This document shows, piece after piece, positions 1 through 10,287 of a DNA stretch of 64,000 bases. Positions within the stretch are counted from its first letter, which is position 1. Each line of letters opens with the position of its first letter. Made by a program: the position numbers and the translations under genes. This stretch comes from Patescibacteria group bacterium (lineage in GTDB: Bacteria; Patescibacteriota; Patescibacteriia; JAXHNJ01): assembly GCA_043812155.1 (NCBI GenBank), contig JBDRMK010000030.1:8407-72406 (forward strand), given 5' to 3'. Under the pieces are notes generated by a model, which was given only the letters and a program-made list of their open reading frames with translations, did not search any database and had not been told where the DNA came from.

Positions 1-2
1 AT

Positions 3-2240
3 ACATTTGTACTCGCCTGGACAACCACGCCCTGGACTCTGCCGGGCAACGTGGCTTTGGCTTTGGGCGAAAAATTCAAGTATGTAAAAGTTAAACAGGG
101 CGATGAATTCCTTATTTTAGCTGAGGATAGATTAAGCCTATTAGAAGGTAAATACGAGGTAGTTGAAGAGTATTCCGCTAAAGAATTGGAAGGTAAAAAA
201 TACAAACCGTTATTTGATTTTCTTGATTTAGAAAAAGAATCAGGCAAGAAAGCCTATTATTTGGCTTTGGCGGATTTTGTCACAGTTGAAGACGGCACGG
301 GCGTCGTTCACACGGCTGTAATGTACGGGGAAGACGATTATAACTTAGGCGAAAAAATCGGCTTGCCCAAAGTTCACACTTTGGACGAGAACGGCATTTT
401 TAACCATCTAGTCAAACCCTGGCAAGGCCGGTTTGTTAAAGATAAGGCACTTGAAGGGGAAATCATCGATTATTTAAAGAAAAAAGATCTTCTTTATAAT
501 ACAGAAAAATACACTCACGATTATCCTTTTTGCTGGCGCTGCGACAGCCCCTTGCTTTATTACGCCAAGAATTCCTGGTTCATCAAGATGTCGGCTTTGC
601 GCGAAGCCTTAAAGAAGAACAACGAGAAAATTAATTGGGTGCCGGATTATATTAAAGAGGGCCGGTTCGGTGAATGGATAAATGAAGTGAAAGACTGGGC
701 GATCTCCCGCGAACGTTATTGGGGCACGCCTTTGCCTATCTGGCAGTGTGAAAAATGCAAACAATACAAATGTATCGGTTCAAGAAAAGAGCTAGGCGTT
801 AAAGAGATTGATCTGCACCGGCCTTATGTTGACGAAATAAAATTAAAATGTGAATGTGGCGGGGAGATGAAAAGGGTGCCGGAAGTGATAGACTGTTGGT
901 TTGATTCCGGTTCCATGCCTTTTTCTCAATGGCATTATCCTTTCGAAAATAAAGAAATAATTGATAATAAAACCGGTTATCCGGCGGATTTCATTTCCGA
1001 AGCCATGGATCAGACGCGCGGCTGGTTTTACACGCTTTTAGCCATTGCCACTTTATTGGACAAAGGCAATCCTTATAAGAATGTGATTTGCTTGGGGCTG
1101 GTTTTGGATAAGAACGGACAGAAGATGTCCAAGTCGCGCGGCAACGTGGTTAGCCCTTCCGAGGTATTTGAAAAATACGGGGCGGACGCCATCCGCTGGT
1201 ATTTTTACACGCTTAACCAGCCGGGAGAAACCAAGAATTTTGATACCCAGGCCGTGGAATCAGTGGTCAAGAAAAATTTCCTGATTATTTTCAATGTTTT
1301 GAGTTTTTATAAGATGTACGCGGGTAAGGAAATCAAACCTAAAGAAAGCAAAAATATCCTTGATGTCTGGATCTTGACTTCTCTTCATTTATTGATCAAA
1401 GAAGTGACTGAGGAGCTGGAAAATTATCAAGTGGTCAACGCGGCTAGAAAGATCGAAGTATTTATCAATGATCTATCCACCTGGTATTTAAGGCGCAGCC
1501 GCGGCCGGTTTAAAAGCGAGGATGAGGGCGAAAAAGAAGAGGCTTTAGCCACTTTGCAGGATGTTTTGCTGACTTTAAGCAAAATTCTAGCTCCTTTTAC
1601 TCCCTTTTTAGCCGAATCGCTCTACCTGGCCGCCGCCGGTCAAAGAGAATCGGTGCATTTGGCTGATTGGCCGGGTTTGGATATGGAACTGAACGAGGAT
1701 ATAATTTCTAATATGCTTATCGTCCGGCAGATCGTGGAATTAGGGCATGCTTTGCGGGCGGAGAATAGTTTTAAAGTCCGCCAGCCTTTAAGCCAGCTTC
1801 TTACCAACGCGAAAGATCTAGGCGGGGAATATCAAAAAATACTGACCGAAGAATTGAATGTCAAGGAAGTCCATTTGGGCCAGAATAAAATTCCTTTGGA
1901 AGCAAGTTTCAAAACAAAAAAAACCAGCGGCCTCTGGGTGACTCTTGATACGACCATAACTGATGAACTTAAGGAAGAGGGGATGGTCAGGGAACTGGTC
2001 CGGCAAATAAATTCCTTACGCAAGGAAGCGAAACTGACGCTTAAAGACCAAATATCATTGGGATTTTTTAGCGAAGATGAATTTTTTAAGCAGCTTTTTA
2101 TTGTTTACGGGGAAAAAATAAAAAAGGAAGTTTTGGCCAAGAATTTAAGCGGGGTCAAAAAAGAAGAATTCAAAAAACTGTCTTTTCAAAAAGAGATAAA
2201 ACTGGAAGGGAAAGACTTAATAATAGGCTTTAACCGGTAA
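3..2240 (+). CDS. ileS: Isoleucine--tRNA ligase, 5'-truncated by the window edge
   Basis: Frame is open from base 3 (AWTTTPWTLPGN). Motifs GTGVVH, DWAISRERYWGTP, WFDSGSMP, DQTRGWF and KMSKS. Confidence 0.97.
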   Translation, partial: TFVLAWTTTPWTLPGNVALALGEKFKYVKVKQGDEFLILAEDRLSLLEGKYEVVEEYSAKELEGKKYKPLFDFLDLEKESGKKAYYLALADFVTVEDGTGVVHTAVMYGEDDYNLGEKIGLPKVHTLDENGIFNHLVKPWQGRFVKDKALEGEIIDYLKKKDLLYNTEKYTHDYPFCWRCDSPLLYYAKNSWFIKMSALREALKKNNEKINWVPDYIKEGRFGEWINEVKDWAISRERYWGTPLPIWQCEKCKQYKCIGSRKELGVKEIDLHRPYVDEIKLKCECGGEMKRVPEVIDCWFDSGSMPFSQWHYPFENKEIIDNKTGYPADFISEAMDQTRGWFYTLLAIATLLDKGNPYKNVICLGLVLDKNGQKMSKSRGNVVSPSEVFEKYGADAIRWYFYTLNQPGETKNFDTQAVESVVKKNFLIIFNVLSFYKMYAGKEIKPKESKNILDVWILTSLHLLIKEVTEELENYQVVNAARKIEVFINDLSTWYLRRSRGRFKSEDEGEKEEALATLQDVLLTLSKILAPFTPFLAESLYLAAAGQRESVHLADWPGLDMELNEDIISNMLIVRQIVELGHALRAENSFKVRQPLSQLLTNAKDLGGEYQKILTEELNVKEVHLGQNKIPLEASFKTKKTSGLWVTLDTTITDELKEEGMVRELVRQINSLRKEAKLTLKDQISLGFFSEDEFFKQLFIVYGEKIKKEVLAKNLSGVKKEEFKKLSFQKEIKLEGKDLIIGFNR

Positions 2241-2241
2241 T

Positions 2242-3000
2242 ATGTCGTTAGTAAAAACAGAAGCGATAATTTTAGGCCGAAAAAATTTCCGGGTGAATGA
2301 CCGGATTTTTCTTTTGTACGGGAAAAACGAAGGCAAGCTGGAGCTTTTAGGCAAAGGGACCCGGAAGAAAGAAAGCAAACTGGCCGGCTCTTTGGAAGCC
2401 TTCGCTCTGGCCGATATTATGTTTGCCCGGGGCCGGGGTTTTGACTATGTGACCGCGGTCAAGGTATTAAAAAAATATAATATTTATCAAAGCCTGCTGG
2501 TTAGCGGTTGGCTGGCGTTAATTGTGGAGATAATAAATAGTCATTTAAAGCCGAAATATAAAGAAAAGGAAATTTTTGATTTGCTGAAAAATTTGCTTGA
2601 AAACCTAGAAAAAAATATGGATGAGGAAAAAAGCCTGAATTTAATTTTGGCGGCCATTTTTTCCCTGATAAATATTTTAGGATTTTGCCCGGAGCTGTTT
2701 TTTTGCCAGGAATGCCGGGCAAAAATTTCCCCGCCGGATAATTATTTCAGTTCTGCTAAAGGCGGGTTGCTTTGCCCGTCTTGCCGGAAAACCGACCCTT
2801 CGTCAATAAAAGTATCCGCCCCGGCCATTAAGATCATTCGTTTTTTTCTGAATAACGATCTGGATCGGGTAGCGGTCTTGCAAATCAAAAGAGAAAATTA
2901 TCTAGAACTTAAAAGAGTCCTTTTCATTTATCTGCCTTATATTCTAGAGGATGAATTTAAAAGCCTTAGATTCATAGAAAAAGCGGCCACGCCTACCTAA
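2242..3000 (+). CDS. recO: DNA repair protein RecO
   Basis: N-terminal OB-like region (TEAIIL...DRI...GK), CxxC...CxxC zinc finger, 252 aa. Confidence 0.9.
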   Translation: MSLVKTEAIILGRKNFRVNDRIFLLYGKNEGKLELLGKGTRKKESKLAGSLEAFALADIMFARGRGFDYVTAVKVLKKYNIYQSLLVSGWLALIVEIINSHLKPKYKEKEIFDLLKNLLENLEKNMDEEKSLNLILAAIFSLINILGFCPELFFCQECRAKISPPDNYFSSAKGGLLCPSCRKTDPSSIKVSAPAIKIIRFFLNNDLDRVAVLQIKRENYLELKRVLFIYLPYILEDEFKSLRFIEKAATPT

Positions 3001-3032
3001 ATATCACGATTTTTGCTATAATAATAAGGTAT

Positions 3033-6018
<2,986 letters not shown>

Positions 6019-6041
6019 AAAGGAGACATTTTAACTTCCCA

Positions 6042-6070
6042 TTGACAAATTCTTTATATTGTGATAGTAT
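6042..6070 (+). promoter_or_regulatory. Sigma70-type promoter of the DGR target gene
   Basis: TTGACA (6042-6047), 17-nt spacer, TAGTAT (6065-6070) with an upstream TG. Confidence 0.75.
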
Positions 6071-6244
6071 AGAGAGTTCTTTAAAATATACTGGCAAATA
6101 GTAGTCATAGCCAAAAGGCACTCATTATCAATCAGATCCAAAATCGAGTTTAGGATATAACTGTCTGTGATGCGTGCTTTCTGGCTATGACTACCAAAGC
6201 GGCAGTCCTCTAGCGGTAACTCCTAAATGAAGGAGGATGACGAC

Positions 6245-6862
6245 ATGGGTAATACCATGACCACATCCGAAATGACCGATGGCCAGATTGAAAGGGCTAT
6301 CGAAATCTTCCGCGCAAAATTGCGGAAGCACAGAAACGAACTGCCGTCTGAGGCAGTTCAGATAGCGCTCGGCCAAGCGGAACTCGGTTCCGAGTGGCTC
6401 GCAGTTCTGCGCCAGCGCGTGGAAGCGATCAACGACAGCTATGAACTGCCGGTCGACTTCGACGACTCGCAGTGGAAGACGATTGACCGTAGCCGCTACG
6501 CATTCGTCGGCGACGTCACGATGGACGACTATCCTGTCACCGAGACAGGCATAAAGAAGGTTCGTTTTCGCGAGCTGGCCTTTGACCACAATCCGACAGA
6601 TCAGGAGGTTCTTGACCGGGCGGAGCAGCTCAACTGCCGCCAACTCAACCGGGCCGAAGCCGAGACCGTCATTCGGAAGAAGTATTCTCCCGAAGAGCTC
6701 GGACGTAATCCGAGAATCGTTCTGATCGGCCCTGCTGTGCGGCGCGACGGTGGGCTCCGCCGGGCGTGTGTCATTGGCCGCGGGGTTGGCGTGAGCCTGT
6801 CCTGGCTCTGGACCGAGTATCGCTGGTATCGGGACTGCCGGTTCGTGGTCGTCTGCAAGTAA
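6245..6862 (+). CDS. DGR target protein with C-terminal variable region (probably CLec-like)
   Basis: AGGAGG SD before ATG 6245. The 3' end matches TR 7302-7426 except at TR adenines. No signal peptide seen. Confidence 0.92.
   Translation: MGNTMTTSEMTDGQIERAIEIFRAKLRKHRNELPSEAVQIALGQAELGSEWLAVLRQRVEAINDSYELPVDFDDSQWKTIDRSRYAFVGDVTMDDYPVTETGIKKVRFRELAFDHNPTDQEVLDRAEQLNCRQLNRAEAETVIRKKYSPEELGRNPRIVLIGPAVRRDGGLRRACVIGRGVGVSLSWLWTEYRWYRDCRFVVVCK
6727..6851 (+). repeat. DGR variable repeat (VR)
   Basis: 125-nt ungapped match to 7302-7426 with 18 mismatches, all opposite A in the TR. Confidence 0.96.
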
Positions 6863-6878
6863 GTGACCTTGGTCACTT
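6861..6878 (+). other. DGR target-recognition hairpin downstream of VR/IMH
   Basis: AAGTGACC-TT-GGTCACTT perfect inverted repeat at the target stop codon. A second stem (GGATC..GGGAC/GTCCC..GATCC) follows at 6879-6910. Confidence 0.75.
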
Positions 6879-6931
6879 GGATCTTTGGGACTTGGTAGTC
6901 CCTTTGATCCTTGGCCTGCGGTCATGTTATT

Positions 6932-6982
6932 AAAACTCCGTTTCACATTCCTTCGGGAGTGAGGGACGGAGTTTTTCTTTTT
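6932..6982 (+). terminator. Intrinsic terminator after the DGR target gene
   Basis: AAAACTCCGT...C(TTCG)G...ACGGAGTTTT stem with a T-rich tail. Confidence 0.75.
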
Positions 6983-7009
6983 GGTAAAAAATGTTAAAAT
7001 ATTGTTGGA

Positions 7010-7480
7010 TAGTAAACGACACAGTCCTTGGTTAGCCTTCGACCTGGCTCAGGCCAGGCGGCTAGGGACGGTTGAAATCTGGAGTATCGATCAGCTAGGA
7101 TGTCTGTTCGTTACGGCGATAGACAGTGTGCTTCGATACATCCCACATGAAGATACTTGGTACAGCGTATTAGCGGAGTCAATGCTCCCGAATACAATAC
7201 AACCCAGAGAGTAATTCATCCCTTGATAAGCTCGGGGATGACCCTGAGCGAAGTCCAAGGGTCAATGGGTGGTGGAATAGATGGTACGCTGTACATTGTG
7301 GCGGCCCTGCTGTGCGGCGCGACGGTAAGCTCAACCGGGCGTATGTCAATGGCAACGAGGATGGCGTGAACCTGAACTGGAACTGGACCGAGAATCGCTG
7401 GAATCGGAACTGCCGGTTCGTGGTCGCCTGCCAGTCTCTTCTTGTCTTGCCCCTCCGGTTAGGCTGGAGGGGTTTTGTTT
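7010..7480 (+). ncRNA. Putative DGR template RNA: structured leader, TR and 3' hairpin
   Basis: Extended -10 TGTTAAAAT (6992-7000). Multiple stems including 7160-7169/7285-7294. 3' hairpin 7450-7472 followed by a T-tract. Ends are approximate. Confidence 0.55.
7302..7426 (+). repeat. DGR template repeat (TR)
   Basis: AAC/AAT-rich copy of the VR with 26 adenines. Non-A differences occur only after 7426 (IMH*). Confidence 0.96.
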
Positions 7481-7869
7481 ACCAGCTGTTTTCTCCAGCC
7501 GCCGAGCATTCTACCTGCTTCAACTAGCGGCTCTATTAACAGAGTGTACTTCTTGGTATCAATAACTTTTAATTCCCAGGCCAAGCGCAAAAAAAACTTT
7601 AAAGCGTCCAGCTTAACCGAAGCTCGGCTGATAATCGGTTGTTTTCCGTCTCGGGAGGCGTAGCCCGCCTCAAGGATTAATTCAAGAATATCGCAGAACA
7701 GGGCGTCTATCTTCTGCCCGAGGGTATAGCGGGAGAGCCGGGGAAGTTGCGGGAGTCCGGCGTGCCAAGTTTTATAAATATCAGCAAGTTTATGAAGAAT
7801 GGGAATATCGTCAAAAACCCGTCGGGGGGGGGGGGTGACATTAAAAGAGTTAAAACGCGGTTGAGGCAT
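7459..7869 (-). CDS. avd: DGR accessory variability determinant (Avd-like four-helix bundle)
   Basis: IPILHKL...RYTLGQKI...LDALKFFLRLA...EAGRMLGGW pattern. Lies between TR and RT on the opposite strand. Confidence 0.85.
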   Translation of the reverse strand: MPQPRFNSFNVTPPPRRVFDDIPILHKLADIYKTWHAGLPQLPRLSRYTLGQKIDALFCDILELILEAGYASRDGKQPIISRASVKLDALKFFLRLAWELKVIDTKKYTLLIEPLVEAGRMLGGWRKQLVNKTPPA

Positions 7870-8850
7870 AAATTTGAAGATATTATTTCGTTAGAAAATC
7901 TTTTTGGAGCTTGGCGTGAATTTTTGCCTGGAAAACAGAGTAAGCGCGACGTCCAGAAGTTTTCCCGCCATTTCGCTGATAATATTGTATCGCTTCACGA
8001 GGATTTCGTAAACATGACCTACCGGCACGGCGGGTACGAACATTTCAAAATTTCCGACCCGAAGCCAAGGGATATCCACAAGGCCACGGTGAGAGACCGC
8101 TTGGTTCATCACGCCATATACCGGGTATTATATCCATTCTTCAGCCGCACTTTTATCGCTGACTCTTATTCTTGCCAATTGGATAAGGGGACGCATCGCG
8201 CCACCAGACGTTTTAGACAATTTTCCGATAAAGCGAGCAAAAATAACACGAAAACCGTTTGGATCCTGAAATGCGATATCAAAAAGTTCTTTGCCAGCAT
8301 TGACCAGACAATTCTTTTAAAACAGCTTAAATTGTATATTCCAGATTTGCGGATCGTTAATCTCTTAGAAGAAGTAATAAGCAGTTTTTCTTGGCAACTT
8401 AACAAAGGTTTGCCGTTGGGCAATCTCACTTCGCAACTCTTTGTCAACATCTATATGACGCCGCTTGACCAGTTTATGAAGCATAAGCTTAAAGCCAAAT
8501 ATTATCTGCGCTACGCCGATGATTTCGTGATTGAGTCTCGCGACAAGAAATGGCTTGAATCTCTGATTCCGAAAATAAAAGGTTTTTTAATGAATAATCT
8601 TAAATTACAATTACATTCAAAAAAGGTAATTATTCAAAATCTGGCTTCGGGCGTTGATTTTCTGGGGTGGGTACACTTTCCTAACCATCGGGTTTTGCGA
8701 ACGACAACGAAACGCAGAATGTCGGCCAGAATAAAAGTTCATCCTACTAATGAGACGCTTCAATCGTATCTTGGTTTGCTTTCGCACGGAAATACTCACA
8801 AAATTAAAACCCAAATATTAAACGATTATTTTCTTTCGCGAGGCGAATAG
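7792..8850 (+). CDS. DGR reverse transcriptase
   Basis: KPRDI...RDRLVHHA, KCDIKKFF, GLPLGNLTSQ (DGR-type SQ motif), YLRYADDF, GVDFLG. Start uncertain (ATG 7792 or TTG 7861). Confidence 0.95.
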   Translation: MKNGNIVKNPSGGGGDIKRVKTRLRHKFEDIISLENLFGAWREFLPGKQSKRDVQKFSRHFADNIVSLHEDFVNMTYRHGGYEHFKISDPKPRDIHKATVRDRLVHHAIYRVLYPFFSRTFIADSYSCQLDKGTHRATRRFRQFSDKASKNNTKTVWILKCDIKKFFASIDQTILLKQLKLYIPDLRIVNLLEEVISSFSWQLNKGLPLGNLTSQLFVNIYMTPLDQFMKHKLKAKYYLRYADDFVIESRDKKWLESLIPKIKGFLMNNLKLQLHSKKVIIQNLASGVDFLGWVHFPNHRVLRTTTKRRMSARIKVHPTNETLQSYLGLLSHGNTHKIKTQILNDYFLSRGE

Positions 8851-9031
8851 GTAAATTTGACAGCTTAAAAATATTTAGCTAAGATAAATTCTCTGTTCAT
8901 TGCGAATGTATTTCCCCGGATCAGGCGCTGGCAACTCAGCCTCAACTGCTGGCCAGTACCCGTGCATAAACTCGCTAGCAGACTGCGTAATTGCTTAGCG
9001 CCTGGTCCCAATTTTTACAGAGGTGATTAAA

Positions 9032-9205
9032 ATGAAAAAAGAGAAAGAGCCACTGAAAGGCCGGGATTATGTAAAATTCCAGCGCTTACTTGCGAAAGCC
9101 GAAGCCGAAGGCCGGCTGGATGGCAAACATGTCTGTCCGGTTTGCGGCATGCGTTATCTTTGGGCCAGGGAAGCCGATGACTGTTGTCGGATAACTTCCG
9201 ATTAA
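9032..9205 (+). CDS. Small putative zinc-binding protein
   Basis: CPVCG...CC motif. GAGGTG SD, own promoter (TTGACA 8857, TAAGAT 8880) and terminator 9222-9245. Confidence 0.6.
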   Translation: MKKEKEPLKGRDYVKFQRLLAKAEAEGRLDGKHVCPVCGMRYLWAREADDCCRITSD

Positions 9206-9402
9206 TCAACCGCACGTTTTTGAGGGCCTCTCGCCCTCTTTTTTTATACTAAAAATATAAGCGGCATTATTTATGGCCGGATGAGCTTATACTATTGACC
9301 CAGCCTTTCGCGAAAGGCTGGGTTGACATAATTCATAAACAGGTTATCTAATTAAGTCACGGATTAAGTAGCGTAAGCGTCAGCACCTTTATAAAGAAGG
9401 GA

Positions 9403-9774
9403 GTGAGTGACATGATAATATCTACGGATTCTTCCGCGGAAGGAAACCGTGACGGGCCTAAATCAGTGGTGGATATGAGCGTAAGGGATGCTTATGATCT
9501 GATCGGCCTTAAAGTAAAGATCTACTTTATGAAGGGGGGAAGCATCGGTCAAGACCAAATCAAAAAAGGATATGAATTTGGGGTCTTAATCAGTTTGGCC
9601 CGGGACGCTGACCGGAAAAATTTCCTCTTTGAAATCGCGGTCGGACCGGCCTACGATCAAATCCATATTTTTTGCCAGGCCAATGATATCGACCTGGTTA
9701 AAGCCTTGGGAGAACTCGCCAATCAAAGAAAAGAACAAGAAAGGCTGGCTGAGAGTGAAAAGAAAAGCTCTTAA
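9403..9774 (+). CDS. Hypothetical protein
   Basis: 123-aa ORF with purine-rich SD and terminator AAAGCCGCTC...GAGCGGCTTT. Confidence 0.55.
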   Translation: MSDMIISTDSSAEGNRDGPKSVVDMSVRDAYDLIGLKVKIYFMKGGSIGQDQIKKGYEFGVLISLARDADRKNFLFEIAVGPAYDQIHIFCQANDIDLVKALGELANQRKEQERLAESEKKSS

Positions 9775-9900
9775 TTCGGAATGTACCTAAAAAGCCGCTC
9801 GAAAAAAATATCAATGAGCGGCTTTACTTTAATTTTATTACCTTGCCAAAAAGCAAAATTTATGATATAATATAATAGTAAATATTGTTATTTTTGTCCT

Positions 9901-10284
9901 ATGCCGGAAAAAATCTTATTCAAAACCAGCAAATTTATTTTTAAAGAATTAGTCTTGGATGTCATTTATTTTCCGGTTTGGTGGTATACCAAGGGTTTAA
10001 AGAAAGCTTGGATTTTTTTTACCGGCGAAGTTTCGGATTGGGCTAACCGCTTGTCGCTTAAAATTCTTTTTAAGAGCATGTTCAAGCCGATGTACGGCGA
10101 TTACAGCCGCAGCGGCCGGATCATCAGTTTTTTCATGAGGATCATTGTTTTCGGGTTTAAGCTGATATTAATGGTTATCTGGCTTACGGTGCTTTTGGTC
10201 ATATTTTTGCTCTGGGCGGTGATGCCTGTTTTTATCGTCTACCTCATCATATTAAATATTACCGGCCAAAGAGGCCTTTTTTAA
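9901..10284 (+). CDS. Membrane protein upstream of the Clp ATPase
   Basis: YFPVWWY motif, hydrophobic C-terminus, 3 nt from the next gene. Confidence 0.75.
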   Translation: MPEKILFKTSKFIFKELVLDVIYFPVWWYTKGLKKAWIFFTGEVSDWANRLSLKILFKSMFKPMYGDYSRSGRIISFFMRIIVFGFKLILMVIWLTVLLVIFLLWAVMPVFIVYLIILNITGQRGLF

Positions 10285-10287
10285 TTT

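Larger units (their letters stand above)
6042..8850 (+). mobile_element. Diversity-generating retroelement (target-VR, TR, avd, RT)
   Basis: All canonical components are present, with A-specific VR/TR divergence. Confidence 0.95.

Noticed and set aside
6191-6946. 251-aa antisense ORF over the DGR target
   Set aside because: Shadow of a GC-rich gene. Promoter, SD and VR codon logic all support the + strand.
7312-7527. ORF running through the TR (and ORFs 6981-7214, 7157-7369)
   Set aside because: It is open because the TR copies the target frame. There is no SD and the region is better explained as template RNA.
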